Below, piece after piece: positions 26,046-38,429 of a stretch of DNA of 64,000 bases; the first letter of the stretch is position 1, and every line of letters starts with the position of its first letter. Below the pieces are notes generated by a model. The model ran no database searches and was not told where the DNA came from. It saw only the letters and a program-made list of their open reading frames with translations. The translations under genes and the position numbers were made by a program. Source of the stretch: Octopus sinensis (Eukaryota); contig NC_043004.1 of the NCBI RefSeq assembly GCF_006345805.1, positions 10,974,001 to 11,038,000 on the forward strand, given 5' to 3'.

Positions 26046-26277
26046 TCTCCTAGCCAGGCTCATGGGTCCGGATTCCCTGTTTCTATGGCGTATATTTTAC
26101 CCAGCTGGACGGGACGCCAGTCAATCGCAGCGTTACTCATTTTTGCCAGCTGAGTGGACTAGAGCAACGTGAAATGTAGTGTTTTGCTCAAGAACACAAT
26201 GCGTCACCCCAAGTCCAGGAATTGAAACCATAATCTTACGATTGTGACATCCTAACCTCTAAACCACGCGCCTCCAC
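26046..26277 (-). mobile_element. tRNA-derived SINE family C with V-domain-like tail
   Basis: Head GGAGGCGCGTGGTTTAGAGGTTAG; core TGTGTTCTTGAGCAAAACAC..TTCACGTTGCTC; tail CTGCGATTGACTGGCGTCCCGTCCAG. Confidence 0.8.
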
Positions 26278-26279
26278 TA

Positions 26280-26699
26280 CCTATTTCTTTACTACCCACA
26301 AGGGACTAAACACAGAGGTGACAAACAAGGACAGACAAACGGATTAAATTGATTATATCGACCCCAGTGCGTAACTGGTACTTAATTTATCGACCCTGAA
26401 AGGATGAATGGCAAAGTCGACCATGGCGGAATTTGAACTCAGAACGTAACGGCAGACACAATTATCTATTTCTTTACTACCCACAAGGGGCTAAACACAG
26501 AGAGGACAAACAAGGACAGACAAAGGGATTAAGTCAATTATATCGACCCCAGTGCGTAACTGATACTTATTTAATCGACCTCGAAAGGATGAAAGGCAAA
26601 GTCGACCTCACCGGAATTTGAACTCAGAACGCAGCGGCAGACGAAATACCGCTACGCATTTCGCCCGGCGTGCTAACGTTTCTGCCAGCTCGCCGCCTT
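26280..26699 (-). mobile_element. SINE family B dimer
   Basis: Two body units plus one head. Confidence 0.9.
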
Positions 26700-27399
26700 C
26701 AATAACAATAATATTGATTGTTGATATTTTTGTCGAACAAAAACTATAACTTATCAAACGGAGGCGGCATATGTCTCCTTCATAACTTATATAAATAGAC
26801 AGTTCTTATTACAGTTGTCCACGCATAGTCGGATATCTACTCATTGCATACATCTATACATACATACATACCGATACGCACACACAAACGCACACATACA
26901 CTTGCACGTATATGTCACATATTTTACTGGAGGTTTCAGAAATACTGTTTTGTAAAGCCGAGCTGTCTACCCTGTTAGCAGTGACCTCTATTGGTGGTGG
27001 CTGCGAACTAAAACTGGTGCAATAAGAACAATAAAAGTCAGAATAGAGTTATTGTTGCATGATGACCAAGCAGTCAGGTGGAAACTCCAGCAATATACTG
27101 TTGTGGAAAACCAATGGCATACAATGAAGACAGTCATTGGTATTATATGTGAAAGTGATCTTTGCAACAGCTATTTTCAACATCAGAAAGAAGCAAAATA
27201 TCAGCAGCAGTAGAGGCTGCAGAAGTTAGGAGGAGGATGAAAAAGAGGAAGAGGAGGTGGAGGCGGTGGTAGAGGAGGAGAGTGAGGGAAAGAGTAACTG
27301 TAGATATAGTACAGTAGGAATAGCAATGAAGTCATTGACTTTAAAATACAAGGGTAAATCTATGTTGCTGATTATGTCTGTTTAGGGTGAGATATGAGA

Positions 27400-27560
27400 T
27401 ACAGATGGCATCCCATCCATGGCCGTCTCGTCTTTTTTTTTTGGAATCATATGGGACTATAATCTTACCGGTTCTTTCAATTTGTGAAGCTGAAGGGTGT
27501 AAATTGAGTTTGATTTGGCTGCTATTTCTAGCAAGTCAAACGACTGCGTAGAAACTCATT
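27400..27560 (+). repeat. Old dispersed repeat with weaker copies near 29490-29580, 42050-42130, 57690-57750 and 58620-58745
   Basis: Shared degenerate pattern TTAAGACGG..GGGT(G/A)TGATTTG..GATTTGGCTGCTATTTCTAGCA. Confidence 0.4.
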
Positions 27561-29714
27561 GTTGTCATGAGAGCAGAAAGTTCCCTTTGTAATATGTTTC
27601 ATCTACAATCTATTGTCATTAACTTGTTTCAGTTATTGGAGTTCGGGCATGTTTGGTCCCCACCTTGAAATTTTCTGGTCAAATATATCGCGGTATATAT
27701 GTAAATGTCTGGGACTTACTCTGTCAGTCTTACTTTTGTATGGAGAAGCAGCGAGTTCTGACACTAAGAAAGCTGAAGATTTCGTGCGTGAATTCTATTA
27801 GCTCATCGCAACCGAGGGATACACCGCACAACAAGTATTCAATGTGATGAAGCTTTTACATATGTGAAATTATGGGTTCCCGCGTATGTGTGTGACATAA
27901 GTTTCATTTAGACCCTTTATATATAACAATAAAAAAATGCTGTCCATTGGAACCCAGCAAAATTCCCATTTTGAAAATTTACACGCAAGGAAATGTGTAC
28001 AATACTTTTTGCATCTACATGCTGAAATTTTCAAATTTCTAAATTGTATTTATTTGTACCTGAGTATAAAATTAACAGGGATCGCACATATACCATCATA
28101 CGCGGTAAATTTTCGCCATAGTAATTACTTCATATAGTTTCACTACCTCAGTGTACTCAGATATTCAGACAGATTTTGTTCAGAATTTGACCAGGCCGGA
28201 CATTGATAACACTGTTTCTTGTATAAGTTTGCTTGAAAAACGGACATAAAGTATAGCAAAAGAGTAACGTGATATTCGGGCCATAATTTTTGTAAAAATA
28301 GAAATGAAGAAATAATATAATTTATTAAAAAAATATTATGGACCAGTGCAGTTTTTAGTAATATTAATCTAAACATACATCTTACACGCAAATGGGAGAC
28401 AAACTTGCATAGAATCAGAAATGAATGGAAACCAACAAAGAATATGATAAATCTCTAGACAGATTTATAACTACAAAATGGAAAAAAAACAACCCCAAAA
28501 TAAAGAAAAAAACAAACAAAAATCAAAATCAAATGAACTAGTCTTTCTGAGTAATACCAGCGAAAAAATAACATGACAAAAGAAAAAAAAATAATAGTTA
28601 ATAAAGATTTTGTAATAGAGAGAAAAATTGTGTCCCCAACGTCAGAATTAATTTGTTCTTATGACGCACGAACTTGCTCTGTTCAATGATATTTATCTCT
28701 GTATCTGAACCATCTACATGTAAAAGGCGACATTAGATGTAGATCGGAAATCACAACCGACAACCGAGAATGACAGTGAAGTTTTTATCAACAGATGTAT
28801 GATATTTAAGGTGAGAGTGGTGTTCATAACGTATTCACCTATCTTTCTTGGGTTCAAATATTTCTGTAATTTTTTAAAACAATAACTGAAATACTGACAG
28901 AAAACTATTATGTAGAGACAGTTGATAGGTAAAAATATAATATTGATAATTGGAGAATAAAACCAATGAAACAAAAAACCACGAGCAAGCAGTTAGGAAG
29001 AAAGTTGAAGAAAGTTAGGAATAGAATGAAGGCTTATAAATATCTCGACGATTTGTTTCTCATAAGATAGAAAACTGGTTCACCACACATAGGAAAAGCT
29101 TTTGAAACTTAAATTATGCATATAAAATTTTGCATAATTTTGAAGTATTTAAACATTATCTTTAAAGGAATTACATCAACGTCTTATCTCTCTTTCCTAT
29201 TAACGGAATCAGATACTGAAAGCTAAAATCAAACCTATTACCACTGCAATTCTAATGAAGTATTAGACGGCATATTTTAGAGGCTTACATTTTGAACAAA
29301 TAACTGAAGTCGACTGATTGTCGATAATAAATTTAAATGTATACGAATAAATTCGTACAAGTAAATATGGAGTTGAACTCTACAGAATAGGTCCCGTCTA
29401 AAATGTTCAAAACTGCAGAATAAAGTTAATAATTTCCAAAAACGTAGAATAGTGTTAATATTTCCAAATTGTACAGAACCAACAAAATAAGCTCCAGGAA
29501 AATTACCGCTACAAGTATCTACCAAATCCTTCTGTAAACATACCTGACCGTCTTAAGATGGATATGCTATTAGACATTGTTTGGGATAATACCGATTCGA
29601 TAGGGTTCACTATCAGAGAGAGAAGGAGAAAGGTAGCCAGTGTGTCCGATAGTGCAGAATGCGGAATATGCGTGTGTGATCTACTCGGCATTCATAAGCA
29701 TTGTACACTTCTAT

Positions 29715-29900
29715 ATTTGACGGATATTTGTTAACACGTTTAGGCTGATATACCCTCCAAGGGTTCTTCTCATTCCTAAGGTATTTTTCCATGTTACTAT
29801 TATTATTATTATTATTATTATTAATAAGGTCGCTGCTTTGAATCGAACTCGGAATCTTGGGGTTAGTAGCCCGCACTCTTAACCACTACGTCATATGCCT
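29715..29900 (-). mobile_element. Penelope 3' terminal region: tRNA-like cassette, (AAT)n, partly deleted hammerhead
   Basis: GGCATATGACGTAGTGGTTAAGAGTGCGGGCTACTAACCCCAAGATTCCGAGTTCGATTC, then (AAT)n, GAAAAATACCTTAGGAATGAGAA and TTGGAGGGTATATCAGCCTAAACG. Confidence 0.8.
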
Positions 29901-29921
29901 GTATGGAGTGAATTTTAGGGC

Positions 29922-30272
29922 TTATAAATCTAATATTTTCCTATCCTTCCTTAATACCGGTTCCCATATGCTATTCATATCTGCACTCGGTCTGCTTAGG
30001 AGGTTGTTGTATCCTAGCATATGTGCTGCTTCTTTTAATTCTCATATTTTCCAATTGTGTTCTTTGCCTATTATTTTAACTTCATCCTACAGAGGGAGGT
30101 GGTCTCCATTTTTCTATACATGATCAGCTATACCCGATTTATCAATATATCCTCGTGTTACAACTTTGCGATGCTCCTCTACCCTTATTTTGAGGGGGCA
30201 GCATGTTTCGCCTTTGTACAACCTACCACAGCTGCAAGGGATGAAGTACACGCAGTTTTTGGTCATATTCTC
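29922..30272 (-). pseudogene. Penelope-like element GIY-YIG endonuclease (C-terminal end of the ORF)
   Basis: KNCVYFIPCSCGRLYKGETCCPLKIRVEEHRK..KSGIADHV*..DEVKII..KEAAHM..MNSIWEPVLRK..*; three in-frame stops; absent from the ORF track. Confidence 0.9.
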
Positions 30273-30334
30273 TCTCCTCTATTGGAGACAACCTCTCTCA
30301 CACTGGCTACCCTTCTCTCTTCTTCTTTCTCTTC

Positions 30335-30366
<32 letters not shown>

Positions 30367-30454
30367 GTTATAAGGGGACCCTATCGAATCGGTATTATCC
30401 CAAACAAAACCGCCAAATATCCGTCAAATGTAACCGATGCAAATAATATTAATA

Positions 30455-30633
30455 AGGCGTAGGAGTGGCTGTGTGGTAAATAGCTTGCTTACCAACCACA
30501 TGGTTTCGGGTTCAGTCAAACTACGTGGCATCTTGGGAAAGTGTCTTCTACTATAGCCTCGGGCCGACCAAAGCCTTATGAGTGGATTTGGTAGGCAGAA
30601 ACTGAACGAAGCCCGTCGCATATAGTATATATA

Positions 30634-30727
<94 letters not shown>

Positions 30728-30945
30728 ATGAGTGTGTATGTGTTTGTGTATCTGTGTTTGTCCCCTCAACATAGCTTGGCAACCGATGCTGGTGTGTTTA
30801 CGTCCCCGTAACTTAGTGGTTAGACAAAAGACACCGATAGAATAAGTACTAGGCTTACAAAGAATAAGTCTTGGGATCGATTTGCTCGACTAAAGGTGGT
30901 GCTCCAGCATAGCCACAGTCGAATGACTGAAGCAAGTAAAAGATT
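30455..30945 (+). mobile_element. SINE family A, full length, with about 100 bp of internal (TA)n
   Basis: Matches 249-650. Confidence 0.9.
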
Positions 30946-31814
30946 AAGCGTGTTACAAACGTATGATATTTTATGTGACGGCTGTAATACTCTAATCCGT
31001 ATGTCAGTTCACCTGTCGCTAGAGCCCACTGGAATCTGAGCATTTCTGTACCATGCTGGTACATCGCATGTTAGAATAGATAGACAGTCAATTAAATAAC
31101 CTGCCCTTCTTGAATTTCACTGGTACTCTATTCCATCGACTGCGGTATGATGACAGATAAAAAGGGAAGATAATTTTACGATAATCGTGAAGATCAGAAA
31201 CGAACAATATAAGCCATTGTACCCGCCACTAACAATTCTATCATTTCATCGCCCTTTGGAGCACAGATTTATAGCGACTTAGATCTAATGATAAGTTTAT
31301 CGCGGCTTAAAATTTTGAAATCTTATTTCACATCTTTCCACAATATACTGCGTCTGATTTTTAATTACAAACCTCAAACCTTCGCCTCACCTGATAGTAT
31401 TTCAATGCTATTTTCTTTTCTTTCTCTTAAGGCTATCATTGTTTCACTTCTTATCTTTTGTATATATTTATGTACATTTACGTATGGAGACATATACACT
31501 ATTTCAATGTAGCAAGTCACTGATACTACAAAGGTGGTCAAATACATTCCAGTTGTCGTGTTGTAAACAATTTAAATTTCGCTCCCTTTTTTTTTTTACT
31601 TTTGATTTTACTTTATTCCCTATTTGATCTTGTATTCGGTTTTTCATTTTCTCTTTTTTTTTTGCATTTTATTGTTTCCCTTTTGCATGTGTCTTTTTAG
31701 TTTCTTTTAATTTTTCCCCTCTGCTAAGGCCTAGTTTTTGTCAGTCTGTGTTATTTTTCTTTATTATTCGTCCCCGTTTTATGATTTTAAGTTAATTTTA
31801 TGCTGCCTACCATT

Positions 31815-31860
31815 TCATCTTCTGCTTCTTCTCCTCCTCCCTCTTCTTCTTCTTCTTCTT

Positions 31861-31923
<63 letters not shown>

Positions 31924-32220
31924 GTTATTGTTATTATTATTATTATTATTGTTCTCTTTCTTCTTCTTCTTCTTCTACTTCTTCTTCTCCCCCTCCTTCT
32001 TCTTCTTCTTCTTCTTCTCCTTTTTCTCTTCTCTTTCTTCTTCTCCTCCTCCTCCTTCTTCTTCTTCTTCTTTTTCTTCTTTTTCTTCTTCTTCTTCCCC
32101 TTCTGCTTCTTCTTCTTCTTCTTCTTCTTTTTCTTCTTCTTCTTTTTCTTCTTCTTCTTTTTCTTCTTCTTCTTCCCCTTCTGCTTCCTCTTCTTCCACT
32201 TATTCCTTCTTCCTTCTTTT
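31815..32220. repeat. Compound (CTT)n/(ATT)n microsatellite
   Basis: Read directly. Confidence 0.95.
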
Positions 32221-32671
32221 AATTTTCTTTTTCTGATATTCTTGCCATTATTGTTCTTGTCTATTTAACCATATATTTATTTATCTATTTACCTCGTTTC
32301 CTTGAATTCCTTGCTTCCTCAAGCGCTTATGTATTTTACTCTTCTCTACCGTTTTCATATTCATCTTTTTTTTTATCCCCCAACCTCTCTTTCCTTCTAT
32401 GTTTTCTGTATCCCCTATTTCCTCTTTTGTATCTGTTTTAAGGCGGGTATTCAACGACCATCCCTACAAATGCCATTTCTTTAGCTTGTATTTTGAAACG
32501 TTGACTGAAGAGAATCACATTATATGAGGGTTGTCTTACATAACTACTAGAAACATGTGTATTCAACGTATTCAAAATAAAGACATCTGCTGTTGTGTTT
32601 TATTCTCACACACGCATATAAATATAAATACATACATACATATAAATATAAACATATATACTTACATATAA

Positions 32672-32703
<32 letters not shown>

Positions 32704-34041
32704 TATATATATATATATATATTATATATATTATATATATATATATGTATGTAAACACGAGTAAAGACTGGCATCTTTGCTATATAAGTAGTTTGTATTC
32801 AAGTCAATGCAAATATATTGACTATATACTTGACATGTCTCGCTAAATTCTAGACCAACAAGCAATCTAGACAGATTAGAAAAATGGAAATTTACATTTA
32901 TTTTCGCAAACAGGATAAAAAAAATACTATTCTCCGAACAAACACTCTTAAAAATACGGAATCAGTTAAAAAGAAATATTTAAATTTTGCTTAGTAGATC
33001 GCATTTTAAGAAGACACTAAAAACTACCGCACTAAAACAACTATACGTTGTATGTTAAATGACGCAATATTGAAGAAGGGAGTGTACACCAAAAGAGTAA
33101 TACGTACGCATCCCTCTAGCAATGGCGGTATAGTTATAATTACATCTAAACACAAGTGAACCAATGATACTTGGATAACAGACAACAATATACGAAACCA
33201 ACGCAAAATCTCTATTTTTCTCTTTCCATCACACACACACAGACACACACACATATTTCTCTGTGTGTATATGTCTGGCTGTGTTTAAATTACTTTTTGG
33301 AATTTCATTTCGCATATATGTATATATTTTTTATCCAGTGTATAAATTTTCGATAGACTTCTTTTTTGTATTTTTATTTACGTTTACAAAATATTTTCCT
33401 TCTGCTATTTTTCTTTCCATTTTAATTCATAAATTTGTTATTTTTCTTTTGATTGCATTAAATTCTATGGACTTTATATTTTATATGCAATTCTAATTTC
33501 CTTGTCTTACATTCATATTCTTCCATTTTTGGCTTTTATTTATTTCTTCTTTTCAAAGAAGCAATAATCTGAAAGACAGTTTATCCAAAATGCATTGCTT
33601 TTCTATTGTCTAAGTTTGTTGCTGCTTGTATTTATTCGTTAATATCATATACTTAGCGTTCAAATATAGGAAATATCCATCTACCCAGTTAGCTGTTCTG
33701 ACTTAGTCATTCTACCTCCAAGTCGTTATATTTCTCTACTTAAAGCCTTTCCTTTCTTTTCTGATATTCTCTGTCAGACAACCGATTTCTGTGAACACGC
33801 ATATTTACACGCATACACTAGCATATATATATGGACATGCACACGCACATAATCACACATCCACGCGCGCTTGTGTGTGTGTGAACATGAGACAAAATTT
33901 TTGAAAATCGAGTCTGCAGTATATACCACGGTGGGACTGAAGAAATATTCGACAGTTATATTATGAATAGTTCTAGCATGTTATATTACGAATCATATAG
34001 TTCTAGCATGGATGGTTCTAGCATGTTATATTATGAATGGT

Positions 34042-34378
34042 GAAGGCGCATGGCTCAGTGGTTAGAGCGTCGAGCTTACGATCGTGAAGTTGTGAGTTCG
34101 AATCCTGGACCGGGCAGCGTGTTGTGTTCTTGAGCAAGACACTTTATTTCACGTTGCTCCAGTTCACCCAGCTGTAGAAATGAGTTGAGACGTCACAGGT
34201 ACCAAGCTGTATCGACCTTTGCCTTTCCCTTGGATAACACTGGTGGCGTGGAGAGGGGAGGCCGGTATGCATAGGCGACTGCTGGTCTTCCATAAAACAT
34301 CCTTGCCAGGACTTGTGCCTTGGAGGGTAACTTTCTAGGTGCAATCCCAAGGTCAGTCATGACCGAAGCGGGGTCTCA
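34042..34378 (+). mobile_element. tRNA-derived SINE family C, full length
   Basis: A box TGGCTCAGTGG, B box GTTCGAATCC, core GTGTTCTTGAGCAAGACACTTTATTTCACGTTGCTCCAGTTCAC; ATAGTTCTAGCATG on both flanks. Confidence 0.9.
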
Positions 34379-35761
34379 AATAGTTCTAGCATGTTTGCCC
34401 AAAATCCGATCCAAAACCATTTTATAGAATACAGTTGCCTCAGCACAAGTTGGGAAAGAAAAAAACATCATTCAAACATTTGACAACATCGAGATGCATA
34501 TTCTCGGTTTCTGGGTAATACATATATGTATATATATGTACACGTATGTGTGCATGCGTGTATTCTTGCATGTGTGGGAGTGTTTCTGCACGTACGTACA
34601 TGTTTATTACATGCACAGGCGGCGGAGCAACATATGTCAAAAGCCAGCTGATTTACCTATGTGCAGTCTCATACCTTTTAACATTCTAATACATAGCTCC
34701 TCTCTATTCACTCATACTTTCATACACATACATATATGCAAATGCCAACCGCTTCGCGGACGCATAAGCCCAGGGGCTTTCACTCACATACACATTGTTT
34801 AACACTGCGGTACTTTCACTTTAGTGACAATTTCTAATCATGCATTTCTTCTCTTTAAATTGATATATCTACATAAGCGCTAGAAACTCATAAGCTTTGC
34901 AATAAGCACACACGATTTTTCCCTTATTACTTCTCTTCCCTTTCTATTCACACTTCTTTCAGACATAAAAAACAACGTAATTAACCGCCATTTCATTACT
35001 GTACCACATTCATCACATCTAGCTTCTCACCTGTGCAGCCTATTTTTTTCTCAGTGGTATTTAGTAGCTCCTTTATCTTTCTCATTTGTGGGTTTTACCA
35101 GTTTATTACCATCTTCTTGAAATTAAGCTAAATCATGCTAAACTGAACCCATTTTGTCGTAATTTTCACATTTTCCCCACTGTTTTTGAGATTTTCTATA
35201 CCCACAGCGTTGAATAATTGTTCCCTCTTTCAAGTTTTAATATAAACATTCAGTCGAAGTGAAAAAGTTCCGATATTTGTTCGTTATTTCCTGATACGCT
35301 TTGTTAGACATTTTATGTTGCACCTGCCAACGCTTTTGCTTCAACGATATGCTTCTTTCTTCAAATTCCCAGCAGTGCCTGCCTCTTCACTGCTGTGCCT
35401 GCCTGTTCATATATAAGCTTCCACACAACACACCTAGCGATTATACATGCACACCGACACCCACCATACACTATACAAACCGTTATATATATATATATAT
35501 ATACACTTTATTCGCACGCAAACAGTATTTCCCATTTTATTCGCTTCCAAAAATGGCTACATTCTTATACTGCATCCACACACGCGCCCGTCCTCCCTGT
35601 TTAGCTCTTCTATAGAACAGCATTGTCACATACTTCCTAACACTTGTTTTTCTCATTGACTAATTTTTTCACTCATTCTATAAGTTTTCTGCTGAAAGTC
35701 TAACATTCGAAACGTTACGGTTTTAAAGCTACACATGAAAACTTGTCAAACATTGATGTAT

Positions 35762-38212
35762 GATGATTTTTGATTTTGATTTTTCCAGTTTCAGCTTATG
35801 AGCTGTGGCCATGCTGGGGCACCGCTATTTGGTGTTGCTACTTGGTTTCACTTCATGAAGGCTTTCTAGCAGCTGCTATTTGGTGCATGAGAGAGTTCGA
35901 TGCAGCTGCCCTCATCTGCCCCTCCTGCCGTGAAGTTGGTTCATCTGGGACACCTGACAGGAAGAGATCCAGCTTCATTTTAAATACATCTGTATCCACC
36001 CCATGCAGGTCTCTCAGGTTCTTCGGGAGGATATTGAAGAGCTGTGGGCCTCGGAAGCCCAGGCTATCACAGAATCTTGTCCTACATCTTGATGGCAGGT
36101 TTGGAGTCCTAGGCACCACGCAGTGGCGCCCAGTTCTGGCATTTGCGTAACTCTCGATGCCAAAGTTCAGGACACTTCCCTCCAGGATCTTCCAGATGTA
36201 TATTATGGCATATCTTTCCCGCCTACGCTCCAGGGAATATAATTTTAATTCCTGAGTCTTTCCCAGTAGCTTACATTCTGCATAGAGGCTATCTTCTTCG
36301 TGTAGCTACGTTGGATCGCCTCGAGCTCTGTGATCAACTTGACACTGGATGGTGACCATAACTGAGAGCAGTAGTCAAAGTGGCTTAGGACAAGTGTCCT
36401 CCAGAGGACCATCATGGTTTCTTGTTCTCTTGTTCTAAAGGTTCTGAGGATCCATCCGGCCAGTCGTCTACATTTCATTGCCAATTTAGCAACATGTACA
36501 CGAAAGGTCGCGTCATCACTCATGTAAATACCTAGGTCACGCACTGATTGTGCCTCTGGGATTGCTATTCCTCCGGGTCCAGTGTATTCATTGGGTATTG
36601 CATTTAGTTTTGCATGCTGATAGTATAGAGCTTGAAACTTTTCAGCATTGAACTGCATGCTATTCTTTTCGGCCCACTTGTATATTTTGTCTAGCTCACA
36701 TTGCAGGTGTTTAGTGTCCTCAGGGTTCTGTATTGCCTGTGAAACTTTTGTATCATCTGCATAACTTGTGATCGTGGCTCTCTGCGTGGCTGAGGGCATG
36801 TCTGAGAGGGCCATTATGAACAGTAGTGGTCCCAGAACAGTGCCCTGCGGAACACCGCTCACTATTTGCGTGTTAATGGAAGTGGCCCCATTGGCCACTA
36901 CCACCTGACTTCTATCTTTCAGAAAGTCATGAAGCCATTCTCCCAGTTTTCCAACTATGTTGAGATCACGCAGTTTGTGACATATCATTCCATGATCGAC
37001 TTTATCAAAGGCCTTTGCAAAGTCGAGATATATCACTTCCACATTTGAGTGGTTGAGCAGCCGTTTCAGCAGCCAGTCATAGTGTTGTAGGAGCTGAGTT
37101 AAACAGCTTCTCCCTGGTCGGAAACCATGTTGGGTGTCGGGCAGCAAGTCATTTTCTTCAAGGAAGGTGATCAGCTTCCTTCTGACTATTCGTTCCATGA
37201 CCTTGCTGATGTGTGAGGTCAGAGAGATAGGTCTATAGTTCTTGGCTTCCGCTCTGCTACCTCCTTTATGAATGGGGCATATTTTACCTTCCTTCAGTTT
37301 TCTTGGAAGTTTGCCAGCTGCAAGGAAGCTCTGAAAGAGGAACTGCAGTGGTCTTGCTAGGACTCTCTTATATGCTTTTAGGAGGATTGCCGGGAATCCA
37401 TCGGGGCCAGTAGCTGAGTCTGTTTTCATTTCATCTATAGCCTTGATTACATCGTCTTCCTTTATATCGATGTAATCTATCGTCGCCGCCTCTGATTTTA
37501 TATCTGCAGTGGTAAAAAAGTCAGTTGGATTGGTGATTTGGAGATGCCCAAGGGGTGGAGTGAAAACACTCTTGAATTGCTCATTCAGTATTTCACTTAC
37601 CCTCATTGGTTTTCCTGTAAGTGTGCCATCCTTTTCGAGGAGTGGCCCTATTCTACAGTGCACCGTAGCTGTTTCTTTGGCATACCTGTAGAAAGCTCTG
37701 GGGTTAGATTTTATGTTGTCTATAGCCCAGGCTTCTTTGTCTGCTCTTTCCTTTTCATGGGAGAGTTTCAGACATTTTTCGATTTCCAACAATTTTATTT
37801 TTAGGCGGGACTTTTCACTGCTTTCAATCTGTTTGTTTAGGCGATTTGAAAATTTTGTACGCCGTCTCATTAGAATTTTCCTCTCTCTGGGGATTTTGTT
37901 CTTGTGTACAGTGGCTTTTCTCTCTGGGACATATTTGTAGCATATGGCTTGCATTACAGACATGAATTGTTGAAGTTTCACGTCGATGTCTGGCGAGGAG
38001 AGACATTTAGGCCAGTTTTGTTTGAGGATCTCTTTCTCAATTTGTTTCCAGTTTGCCTTATGGTAGTTCAAGCTGGAAAGATTCTGGGGGTTTCTTGTAG
38101 GCTGCATGTCCGTGCTCTCTTTTGGCCCGTACATGGTCAGCTCTATCATGTTGTGATCCGAGAGTAGTGTCGGTGTCACTTTCACATTATGGATGAGATC
38201 GATGTCATTTGT
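35762..38212 (-). mobile_element. 5'-truncated CR1/L2-group LINE with intact 3' end
   Basis: ORF2 from the end of the endonuclease to the stop, short 3' UTR with hairpin, and (AAAATC)n-type tail. Confidence 0.92.
35853..38212 (-). pseudogene. LINE ORF2 (APE end plus reverse transcriptase), one frameshift near 36245
   Basis: SDH, NYRPISLTS, QHGFRPGRSC, YLDFAKAFDKV, GVPQGTVLGPLLF and YADD; after the shift it reads LKLYSLERRRERY..GPQLFNILP..FKMKLDLFLSGVPDEP. Confidence 0.95.
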
Positions 38213-38429
38213 ATAGTTATACATATATCATATCTTGATACTCTGTGACTAGAATATACCTTGACAAGCCACATGCACATTTGTAGTTTCCAGTTCTCTG
38301 GTGTTATTGGATTTGTTGTGTATATGAACGGTTTGATCATTTGGTACTTTTGTATTGGCCAAGTGGCACTTGACGAACAGGGGTCAAAAATCGATCCTTA
38401 CGTTTTCGATATATGAAGAAATAGTTAAA

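Noticed and set aside
26978-27000. CTCF-like motif (minus strand CCAATAGAGGTCAC)
   Set aside because: A single imperfect match is expected by chance in 64 kb.
34044-34115. Functional tRNA gene
   Set aside because: There is no acceptor stem and it runs straight into a SINE core; the same holds for the other heads.
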